Of a stretch of DNA of 64,000 bases, positions 49,350-61,682 are shown in pieces. The notes under the pieces were generated by a model. It made no database searches. It worked only from the letters and a program-made list of their open reading frames with translations, and was not told the DNA's origin. How positions within the stretch are numbered: position 1 is the first letter of the stretch; the number at the start of each line of letters is the position of its first letter. Source of the stretch: Antedon mediterranea (taxonomy: Eukaryota > Animalia > Echinodermata). The stretch spans positions 4,672,101-4,736,100 of the forward strand of contig NC_092677.1 in assembly GCF_964355755.1 (NCBI RefSeq). Reading direction: 5' to 3'. Position numbers and translations under genes: made by a program.

Positions 49350-52300
49350 CTAAATCTTTCCTCCTGTTTTCTGAAGAAAAAAAATATAACAATATTGATT
49401 ATTATCGAGATTAATTGATTTTTAAAACTCAAAACAAATAATAATGTTTTTATGGACTTTGACATTATATAAAATATTAATATCAATGCTATTACAAACC
49501 AGTGCACATCCTTTTCCTAAACAAAATTAGAGTTCCAAGTTTGTTAATTAGTTTAAATTAGGTCAAACGTCTTGTGTGGCGATGTCCGGTAATGTTATGG
49601 TGACATAGCCCTACGTTTATTATTGTTCGTTTAATATGTTTACTTGTACTTTTGAAATACATACTATTATTGACGCAGGCATGACATATCCCTCGTCATC
49701 TTCGATATCAGAGTTTGCTGAAACTTTCAATTCTTGGTAGTGATGGTCTTGACATTCGACTTTTACTTCTCTCTGTTAAACAATAGATGGTATTTATTTA
49801 ATCAAGTTTAGTTTTTGTGTGAAATAAGAAAATGTAAATGAACTGTAATTATTTGTTGAGTTTAAATTGTGTTACTTGAATTTACTCTCCACTTTTGAGA
49901 TACATACTTCTTTATCAGACATAGGCCTAACATATTCCTCGTCATCATTGTCAACATCAGTGTTTGCCGAAACTTGTAAATCTTCATATTGGTGACTTTG
50001 ACGTTCTATTTCTCTTACTTCTCTCTGTTAAACAATAGAGACGGTGTTTTGTAGTAAACATACTTTTAAGGTCAATTTAAACAGACGAGCTTAACTTAAA
50101 TTTTACCCGTATTCCTGTCCTTGATCTTTGTTTATTTGTCGTCCCGGTAACAGCAGACTCCATGGGTTCTTTCTTTAGCCATTTGTAATCCTCAGAATTT
50201 GAAGAAAATTGCAATGCTTGATACTGAGACTTTTGGCACTTGGAAAGGATTTTTTTTATTTGTTTAACCTTATAAAAGAGAAAAGTAACGATAACTCATA
50301 ACAAATTACCTCCGCCAAAGTTATATTTTCACCCATGATTGTGTATGTTAGTGTGTTTCATTTTCAAATCTCACCAAACTCGGAGACAAAGATCTACAGG
50401 TATGACTCAATTCTCACCGGAGGGGGTTAGATGTTATGTAGGGGAATTACTGTAGGTGGATGTATGCATTCTTAGATTAGCCTCTAGTGTATATCTGAAT
50501 TATATTTGAATTTGAAATATTTCTTAATGAACCTAAAAATACTTACATAGATATGACGGGTTATTATAAACGTCAGGACAACGCATAGAATTGCCGTTAT
50601 TGCTATTGTTAGCACTGTACTTATTGCATGCGAACAACCACCTAAAAGGTACAAAGTAACATGTTGAAATTGACCTCTGCATTCACCAGCACACACCAAC
50701 ACTCATACATTCAAACAATGAACAAGCGCTGTATCCAAAATGTATCAAGCCACCGTGTGCATAACAAAATACTCAATGTTATCTTTTCGACCATTACAAC
50801 CCTAGGTTAAATTATATATGCATTTTCTATAATCTAATTCTTTCTTGGTTAAATACATTTGATGACATGCTCTTAAGTCAAATTACCTGCGTTACAGTTC
50901 TCTAGAATAGCTGTATTACTCATTTTTTCATTCTCTGCATAACATGTAAGACTTGACTGACATATCTCATCATTAATGCCCAAGGTTACTGAATTTTCTC
51001 CTTTTATAACCAATTCTCCATCTTGTAAGATCAATATTGTTGTTGAAAGTTTGGGATAGCCCTTAGCTGTACAAGTTGCAAAACCATTTTTAGGTTTAAA
51101 TGTCACAGTGATATCTAAACAAGTTAGAATAGAAATGTAGCTTATTAATTGTGGGACAACTCTCTGGAATTGAAAAATAAGTTGTATACCTGTTAGCATT
51201 CATTAAAAAACTGTTTATTTAAACCACCATAAAAAGCCTGCCAAAGCTTCGGAAGGCAATTAAAATGTAGACAACCAATGCAAACAAACATTCTGAACCG
51301 TTTATCTTTTATCGAAAGCATCAAAAGCTTCGAATCAATGCTTTATAGGTTGGCAGGACCAATGTAGAGTGAAGTTGTAATCACTCTTACCTGGCAAAAC
51401 ATTTTAGGCCTATTGAAGATTGTACATTTACATACGGTATATATCCAATTGTTTTTCAACACTTGTTTTAGCATCATCTCCTTTTAAACTGATCACTTTC
51501 TGCTTTACATGTGTATCTCCCACCATCTTCTTCAGTAGCTGATTTAATCTTAAGAACTGACACTGTACTGTTATTTGTAATGTCATATCTAGATGGGTTG
51601 ATATTTATTCTGCATCCATCTTTAAACCACGTTAGGTCAGGAATAGGGTCTCCATCAGGTTTACTGCATGTAAATGTTACTGTTTCGTTTTTGAAGATAT
51701 TGGATGCGGAAGCACGAATAAGAGGTCTCTCTAAATCTGAGAAAACATATGGAAGAGACTACAATATTAGAGATAGTATAATTGGTTGTTTGCCTAATGT
51801 CTAGCAGATTGTATATTTAGTTAATGTGCGCATGATTTTTATAATCTGTTTAAACCATAAATTATTATTATAGGTCTATTTAATGATTTTGGTACTCACA
51901 ATACACAGTTAGAACAGATGGATTAGATAAGTGATCTAATCCATATGTTGTTTGTATCTCGCACCGAAATCTTCGCTGAGAATCATTTCTCGTTGGCTGT
52001 AACATCACCAAGTTAGCTCTCACAGATGTTATGTTCAATTCAAAACGACCATTTTCTAACACCTTATCATTTACAAAACCAGGAGTAGTGACTACGCCAT
52101 CTTCATTTAATTCATCCCATTGTACTGTATTAGATGTAGTAGAAGTAAATTGTGAATAATCACAAGTTATCACCACTTCAGCATCACCTTCTTTAGCTAT
52201 CTGGTCAGATGTTGTCACCGAATGACCATGTGATTCTAAAGATAAGGATACTATACTTATTTATTCAGTAAAACATAGGATATTAATTATGGAAAACTAT

Positions 52301-52622
52301 TGCAACCGGATTGAGCCTTTATATTTCAATTGCACTATTATTGTATAGATATTTTTTTTAATTGTCTCTTAATAAGTTAAGTTGGAGATAACGTGTCTTG
52401 GTGGTAAAGGAAAGAATCAAAAAGTAGTAACAGGCGTCTACTTGTGTCTTTTTTTTTATTTAAAATGTCTTTGTCTTTTATTTAAACAGATACAAGTTGT
52501 AATGCATCTAGCATGCAGAACATATATATTATTACTTAAAAACTACCAATAGGTAGTGTGTTACTAAATTGGTTACCGGGTAAAGAGTGTATAACAACTA
52601 ACAGCGGCAACCATAACACCAT
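49350..52622 (-). pseudogene. IgSF receptor copy 5 (B-type), frameshifted in the I-set exon
   Basis: Near-identical to copy 3, but CTTTTAAAC at ~51481 versus CTTTAAAC at ~40881 is a +1 shift giving DQFKRR* (stop 51474-51476). It could be a homopolymer assembly error. Confidence 0.7.
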
Positions 52623-53732
52623 ATCTGAAAAAAATAAGGATTTTTACATTCAATAGATTAATTAATATCTACCGTTGATGTTGTTATAATCAACACTTAG
52701 TTCATTCACGGCCTAAAAATGTCATTATATCAACATTTCTGTCGTTGTCTTGTTGTTGCCAACCTCACATCGCCATTGATAACCTAATAACCGTAATAAA
52801 AGAATGAGATGATTCTAAATCACCGACTTCTTCTGCGAATTTCGAAGTAATGGCAACATGCTCCTGCTCATAAGACCAATTCAGACAGCTTCGTACGACG
52901 AGTCGTCTCGTTGGGAGAAAATAAACATGTTTGAATTTCTCCCGACACACCAGGCAAGACGACTCGTCTCGTCGGAATTCAACTCAGACAGCACCGACGG
53001 GTCAAGAAGTTTTGGTGGGGCCTCGTCGTACAACGCTGTCTGAGTTGGCCTTACACGTTTACACATAAATATAATATATGGATTACAGTCATCGTCGAAC
53101 ACCAATCAACAAGGGCTTAAAAACTTATGATTTTATAAATTTTATTTAAATGATATTTATTACTCACCTCTATCTCTAGGCCTATACCTGCTTATCCGCG
53201 TTTTCGATTTGTACGTATAAATAAGATATAAAGGCAATATTTGATATATATGTAATTTATTTTTTCAGAACAATTGATGATGCTAAAAAGCTAAGCGTTA
53301 GTTTCAATTATGTTATATCTAAATCTACAAACTTCTTTGTACAGTACAGTAGACTCTCGAATCAGATCGACTGATTTGTTGTTCCCCGAAAACATGAAAA
53401 ATGAAGATTAATAATATAAAAAAATCAGACTTTCCATTTGGCATTTCAAATAAAGTTATTCACTTCCGTAGACAAACGAACATAAATAATGATTTTACTT
53501 ATGAAAATACAATAAAAAACGGCTAGGCCTATATTTCAGGTAAATAATTAGTGAATAAAAAATATGTGAAATTAAAATGGCATTTTTAACAAAACAATGT
53601 GTTTTAAATATATTTTCTAAGGAGACAATATGCCTATCTTTAATCAAAACTGTAGTAAAAATACAATAAATACGCAATTTTCCTTGCTAATTTATTTTCT
53701 TTAAAGTTAAAATAAATGTACGTGAAAACGAC

Positions 53733-56700
53733 TTATGTATTCCGAATGTTAGAATAATGTGATTCTCCTCCTAAAACGTTTCCCTTATTTGACAACGTAC
53801 TGACAACACATTTCCCCTCACTTAGGTTCGGCTCTTCGTAAATGGCAGCACTTTCCGAATCTTTCACTTCTTGATATTGATTATTACTTTCGATTTCTCT
53901 TACCCGTCTCTGCACCCGTCGATGCGCCTGCTTGAAACAAATATGTATTTATATATTAACAATGATAAAGATATGCACACTGAATTTGTTACTAAAGGAA
54001 TACCGTATATAAATAAAAAACATGAATATAGAAATAAAGATGCAACCTGTCCCGATCTATCATAGGGATAACCGGTATGGTTCACTAAAATATTTATATT
54101 TCTAGTTTCTGTAGAAGCAACCACACGTGTTATTATCAGTGTTGCTTCTGATCACACAACTTTGTTTATGGAGGACGTAAGCGTAACGTAAAGCTCTGTC
54201 TATTCTAACAAACTTTATGTGATAAAAAAATGATGTAATATCACTACCATATTTGAGCATATCACTACCATATTTGGGCACATCACACTTTTTTTGCAAA
54301 ACTAGTTTGATAGTGTAGACAGAGCTTAATTGATTTGGCCAATCACAAGCGATGGATTATTTTAACTTTCACTTGTCATTGATCAATTCGCATGTGTTGC
54401 GTCTAAACAAAAGAAGTTAAAGCGTGGTTCCCACTAGCGACGCATCACAAGGATGTAACGCAACGCAAGTTAATTGACCAATCACAAGCGATGGCTTATT
54501 CGCTTGTGATTGCTAAAGGCCGGTGCACACCAAACGCGAAGCCGCGAATTTCGCGTTAAAAAGTGACGCACGCGGCAGGCGACGGACGCTTCCAGTGTGA
54601 ACATACAAGCGAACAGTGTACGATAGTCGAATTTCAACTTCAACGCGTTGAAAACGACAGCCGCGAAGGCTTCGCACGCGAATTTTCAAAAGTTGAACCT
54701 TGGTCAACTTTTTGAGGCGTCGCGAGCGCGGTTTGCGTTCGTCAACCAATCAGAAGTCAGGAATATCTCTCAATCGACGACACCGACGGCAAAAAAATGG
54801 TGGCTGACGAGCGAGGTCTTTATGGAAATACTTACCCTTCTTGTCTTTACGATAAGGGAAGTAAGTCATACACAGACAGAAACATAAGGATTAATGCATG
54901 AAGACAATAATTTCAGACAAACATCTGTGTAGAAGAATGCCAGAAAAACTAGGCCTAAAACGCGTCAGAGATCAATTTGTAAAGTGAGTTGACAAGCCTA
55001 TTTCTAGCCTAGGCCTAGGCCCTAGGCCTACCTAGGTTTAGGCAATACTAGGGCCTAGCTAGGCCTACCTAGCCTAGGCTACATATACCCTAGTAGGCTA
55101 GGCCATGCCAAGTAGTACTTATAGGCCTACATAATACTTACTAATCCCTACTAGTCTATGTGCTAGGCCAGGCCTAGCCTAGGTTAAGCCTACTACTAAA
55201 TATGAGTACAGTACCTAGCCTACTTATTATTATTAATTAATATTTATAGGCCTAATATTTAGTTGATTTAGTGTTGTAAGGCTAGGATAGGCCTAGTAGT
55301 AGTAATATTAATACATAAATACTGTTGTTTTTTTTAGGTCAATTAGATGAACATTGATAAATGGGATCCTTCAGGCTATTACCAGCGTTACAAACTCCAC
55401 CAATGACCAAGCTAGTAGTTTAAGCGGCCAGTATTATTATTGCCATGGAATTAAGAGCAATTGCTCCTCAAAAACGTGGACTGGCAATTATGAGGCTGAT
55501 ACAGGTTTGTATAGACTTTTTTCAAATGGGTATGTCAGTTGGTGACATACATTGGCCAGAAAAAAATGATTTGAGCAATATGCCTTACTATAGCAATTTT
55601 TTAATACTTGTTTCATTTTTTTTTTAATAGAAAATGGAAGAGATTAAGGAGGAGTTGGACTGTAACTAGTATTTATTAAGTGGTTATAGAAGGAAAGCTG
55701 AACTGAATGTCTTTTTTTAGCAATAGAGAACACATGGAAATATATGTATATGTTTTGTTATACTCCAATACTAAAAAAATAGTCAAATTGGCTGCCAGCT
55801 AATGGAATGTTTTTCATTTTATAAGTGAAAACATAAGTTTTGTTGGGTTTTTTCTATGTAAGTGATCTTAACTTCTATAATTTAAAATTTTTTTTATTTC
55901 TCTATTTTATGTACTTTCACTATTATATATTCATATTTTAGTCTACTCTGTAGCAATGTTAGTATACTTAGGCATACGGGAGTCACGACTTAAAGTTCAG
56001 TGAACTTACTGTGACTTCCATCCACCCACATTTAATATATTATGTTATGTAAATGTAAATGATATATATATAATATATAAGTGAGTGGAAAAAATAAATA
56101 AACGAAACGAAACGAAACGAAACTTTGTTAAAACTACAAAATGGCCTATTCAAATTTGATTTTAATCATCTTCATTTTTCATGATTCTATGGGACAATAC
56201 ATCTTTAAGTTTAGTGTCATTTTTTGGAAAAGATATATTGTCTTCCTGAAAATATAATTTAAAACATTTTCGTTGTGTGTAATACAGTATAACACTTTAG
56301 GGTTAGTTATTCACTTTTAACAATAATAATATTTCTTCAATTTTCATTTTTTTTGGGATGATACATTTTAAATTTATTATTTTGATATTATTTTGCAAAA
56401 GTATTCAGGAGTAGTAAAAAAGAAAATCTGGTTGATATTTAATGATACCTTTAAAAACAATGATTCACTATTTCAATAAGTGTATTTATGTGAAAAAAAA
56501 GTCATAAGATAATAAATACAGTGTAAATATGAGTTTGGGACATTTATTACATTTAATCAAATGAGAATAAAACTGTATGTTTTGTCATGAATAATATAAT
56601 ATTTAATAATAATTAGAAAATAAATGTGAAAACTTTACATTAATATATAGGCATATAGTTTATATTTTTAAAGTGACAAACCCATGAAGATTCCCAGTTC

Positions 56701-59700
56701 GTGTTTATATGAAATGTTTTATATGGTTATAATAACCTCTGTTGAAAGATATTTGTAACACCACTAATAAATACAGTCAGCAGATCACATGTACGTGTAA
56801 TCAACATGCAATAAATGCTTTAATTCTTGTAACTGTATTGATATTGGATACATCTTCTTCTGTCCTTGTTATATATACATACAATCATGCACATTTCAGG
56901 CTTTGGAAAAGGATAACATTTTCCCACCAAAACCAAACACTGTGATTGGTGTAACCAGGGAAGAGTTAAATTACATTTTAATTTAACTCTTCTCTGGTTA
57001 AACTTACATAGGAAATACTTCAGAGTCATCTTCTCTGATTATTTTAAATGTAGCATTGTATTATTGGCCAACCCACTATCTCCTAGGCCTAGCAATCGCG
57101 ACGAATCAGCACATCGTGACGCGTTTAGTGGGAACCGACAAGAAAAACTAATAGACGCATGACAATTCAACTTTCAAAGCGATCCGTCGAGTGACGCATG
57201 ACGCTTCGCTTGTCATTGGTTAAAACGCTTGCGTTGCGTTTACGTCCTTGCGTTACGTTCTAGTGGGAACCAAGCTTTAACGAGGGTTAATCAAAGATTA
57301 CATGTAATAGTAGTTTATTTGTACCTCGTGTTCTTTAGAAGATGCTTTACGTGACGTAGTTCTGGCCCTGCGTCCATCATATACTGAAGTATCTTTGCTG
57401 AGTTCTTGGTAAACACCAGAACCACTTGATGCAAACTGCAGTGCTTGATACTGAGAATGTTGACATTTTGATTTCATTTCTCTTATTCGTCTTTCCTAAA
57501 GAAACAATAGCAAGATACCATTGGGTGACATTTTATTTGAAATATTAATATTAGATATTTATACATTTAGTATGGTTTTTAAATCATGTGTACAAATCCT
57601 AAAATAATGGGTTTAAATAGCGACTCTATTATAGACCACACCAAGATTGTACTCGTGTGAATAGGCCTAATAATGATATAAATATGAGACTTAATGACCT
57701 TTCTATATTCTGTAATTGTCGAAACGAAATAATTAAAATACTATTTTTAATCACTTACATTAAAGGAAATTATAAAGACAACATTTTAAAATCTGACCTA
57801 CTCTATGTTGGTACCGTATTTATAGTAAGATCTTTAAAAAAGGTTTCTTCCTCTCTTTTAACCTTCTTATTATCTGTATGATCCCTCTATAATCAACTAC
57901 ATTTGGTTAAATGTCTTTCATGTTAAAATATATGCGTGTTTGTTAATAATCGTAGAGTCTATACTTACATAAATATAACGGGTTGTTATAAAGGTAGGAA
58001 CAGAGCCGAGAAAAAGCGCAGTTGCTATAATTGCTACAGTTAGTACTGTAAATGTTGGACACGATTCACCTGGAAATATAATACATTTTAACATATGAAT
58101 ACCATTATTATAATGTTTAGGGCATTCAAAATCTTCATCCGCCACCCTGATATGCTTGTTATACACCAAATAGAAACATAGCTTGCAATTATTTTATTGG
58201 TGATTTTATAAGAAAACTTAATGTTAATAAAAATACGTTATATCTTCTTCTTACATTGATCATAGTTCATAGATTTATTTGGTTTTATTTCCAATCGATT
58301 AAAAGACCTTTTCACATCACAAACTATGATCATGTGCGTGGTCCTACTTTTAAAACAAGAACTTACATAAAATAAACTATACGCTATGCATACTGGGCAA
58401 TTATATCAAGGCCTATACCTGCTTTACAGTTCCCAAGTGTTGCTGTTTGTTTTAGCTTTCCATTCTCTGCACAACATGTAAGATTTGATTGACATATCTC
58501 ATCATTAATTTCTATAGTTGCTGTATTTTCTCCTTTCTTAACCACTTCTCCATCTTGTAATATCAATACTGATGATGGCTTGGGATGACCCTCTGCTGTA
58601 CAGGTCGCAACACCATCTCCAAATGTAAAAGTAACATGAATATCTAAAAAAACACAATAATACATTCGGCATTAGGCTACGGTTGATGCAACTCGATTCG
58701 TAATGACCATTTGTTTTTAGCATTTGGGTAAAATAAATTAGGTTTTTAAGAAGAATTGTAGAGGGGGAGAGTGAAAGCGGGGTGGTGTTGGTGATGGTGA
58801 TGGTAGTGGTGAGGGAGTTTATAAATGTTTATTTTACATACTATAAACAATTATGGTTAGCTGTTTTCCAACACTTGTTTTAGCATCCTCTCCTTTATAC
58901 TGATCACTTTCTGCTCTACATGAATATCTCCCACCATCTTCTTCAGTAGCTGATTTTATTTCAAGAACTGACTCTGTACTATTATTGGTAATCTCATATC
59001 TACAATGACTGTTAGTGTTGACTGTTTGTCCATCTTTATACCAAGTAATGTAAGGAATAGGATTACCTTCAGGTTTACTACATGTGAAAGTCACTGATTG
59101 ACCTTCATAGACAATACTTTCTGCCGCAGAAAGAAGTGGTTGATCTAAATCTGAAGAAAAATAAGACACTGTAGATTACTGTGCTTACTACATTCAACAC
59201 CTGTAAACAGGTGGACTGAGAGATCTGTGATCATAAACAAGAAAACTAAAAACGAGATCCTTTAGCAGATTCTTTGCTATTTAAGAGAATTATTGTTATA
59301 TAATAAGTTATTGAAATTTAATCTGTGTTACTCACAATATACAGTTAGAATAGATGGATTTGATCTTGCAATATCTCCATCTGTTGTTCGTATCTCACAT
59401 TGAAATGTACGTTGATAATCAGATCTCATTGGCTGTGACATCACCAGTTCAACTTTCTCATGTTTTATGTTAAATGTAAAACGTCCATGTTCTATCTTCT
59501 TATCATTTACAATGTTAATGGTATATCCATCTTCATATACTTCATCCCATTGTATTACATCAGGTGTAGTAGAAGTAAATTGTGAATAATCACAAGTTAT
59601 GACCACTTCAGCATCACCTTCTTTGGCTGTCTGGTCAGACGTTGTCAACAATTGACCACGTGATTCTAAAGATTAAGAATGCAAAACGTTACTGTCTTGC

Positions 59701-60030
59701 TTATGCATAAATTTATATACTATTATTATGGAAAACTATTGTAAGCAATATAGGGGTTTCCATTTTTTAAAACTTTAATTAAAATTATTGATAATAAAGT
59801 ATAAGTTATAAAGCAAAGATATAATCATACATAACAACATTTGTTCGTCTAATTGTGTCCTGTTTTCGATTTAACATTCATTTGTCTTTTTTTTAAACAG
59901 ATACAAATTATAATGCATGCGTCTGGCAGAACATTGATTATCAATTGAAGACTATTACTGGCATATTACTCTGAATTAGTTTACCGAATAAAGAGTGTAT
60001 AACAATTAACAGCACCAACCATACAGCCAT
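53733..60030 (-). CDS. IgSF receptor copy 6 (A-type tail)
   Basis: SP at 60030, V ~59665-59336, I ~59150-58842, Ig3 ~58643-58419, TM ~58069-57969, tail ~57495-57325 and 53927-53733. Frame open. The last intron is enlarged by a 2.7-kb insertion. Confidence 0.88.
54517..57202 (+). mobile_element. Decayed PIF/Harbinger-type transposon sequence nested in a MITE
   Basis: Absent from the paralogous MITE in copy 4. Begins TAA|AGGCCGGTGCACACC. ~54830-54910 encodes YPSCLYDKGSKSYTDRNIRINA*RQ, a broken MADF/Myb-like domain typical of Harbinger accessory ORFs. No matching right TIR seen. Confidence 0.7.
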
Positions 60031-61682
60031 ATCTGAGGGGAAATGATAATATTTACATTCAATAGCATAAATTAATCTTGAAGTTCACATATATCATTGA
60101 TGTAGTGTATGCCTTATCTGTTTCACTATTGTTACTATCAATAGGCCTAATTAATAAATAGAATATAAATAATAAAGTGTACAAAGAAAAGTACTGTAAC
60201 TATATAAACAAAGCTAACAGTTATAAACTCATATTAAACATAATATACATTAAGGACACTACATCTGTATTCGATACTCATGTCGATTGGTTAGAAAGTG
60301 TATAATAATAAAAACAACAGATATGTAACATTTCTTGTCGTCCGCGGCTAACGTAATCCCAATAACTTATCATTGATAACGTCATTAAAAATATCAATGT
60401 CAACAACACGCTCCTCCGTTACCCACTTACAATACAATTATCTTTCTTGGTTATAATTGTAACCATTTAATAATTATCAGTTATCATAATAATCAGTTAC
60501 ATTAATTACTCACCTCTATCTCTGTGTACTTGCATCTCTGTGTTTTTAATTTTACGCAATAAGATATACATATACAATCGTAGATATATATGTAATTTAT
60601 TTGTTTCGATCTCGTAAAAAGAAGTCATTAAAATCTCGCTTTTTAAACTAACTTTTCGGAGACAAGTAGTTAATACGTTCAATCACATTGCTTCTTGTTT
60701 TCCAGTTAAAATTATTATTTCTGCTACCCGGAAAAGTGTATTGTTTAATTATTCAAATAGTGTAGTAAAAAGATACTGGTCACAAATGTATTGTTGATTG
60801 TTGTTAATATCAGGGAACACTGTGATTTCACTCTTCCTTGCAGCTGTGTCAGTTATTTCCAGGGCCTACTTATTATAAACATGTTGCTGCTTTATGTATT
60901 TTATACGGAAATGATATGACTAATTACAGTTCATTTCATAAATATAATAATAGTCAACTCACAACACTATTTGCCACACCGTTTATTTTTAGTTATTGTC
61001 TTAAAATGCCTCTCTATAAAATATTTGTATACAAAAATTGTATCTCACTGGGTAATTTAAACAATCCCCGTTCTTATTGAAATAAAAACGTATAGCACAA
61101 ACAATAATCCTCCAAAAATTGTGAAAGACAAAGGAACTATAATAGATTGACTATTAGAATATAATTGATACATTTTTTGCTGTACATTTAAACTACGCGA
61201 GAAAAACAGTACAATTGAGAATAAACTATAACTACACAAATTTAAGTATAAACATTTCTACCTATTTTACAATGCTCTAATTACATTAGTAATAGTATGC
61301 CTAGTCCCTTAGATGATAATAACGAGAATAAACAGAACTTATTGTATACATAAATTACGCTTAAGCAGCTTCCAATTGTTATTGTACTGTAGGCCTATAT
61401 TATACTTACGTTTTTGTTATGACTCTCGTATACTCATAAACAATTGGATAAACTCTCGCTTAGAGCAAGGTTGCATTTCCTCGTTAATTATCTATTTTAT
61501 GTGTTTGTTATTAATTTCCGTCATTCAGAATAATATAACAATTTGTGTTTGTATTTATTAAGTTATATATTTAGTTATAGAACTGTTGAGAATAATGTAG
61601 TTCTAGAGCCTTTCCCGTTTGTGACGTACTAGTAACACTATCACGTGACACATCCTTCGTACTGGGGATTCTGACATTTTAT

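Noticed and set aside
54990-55300. Dense AGGCCT/CCTAGG palindromic tract as a structured element
   Set aside because: Low-complexity motif also scattered at 8.6-8.7 kb and 28.2-28.4 kb, so it appears to be a general compositional feature of this genome.
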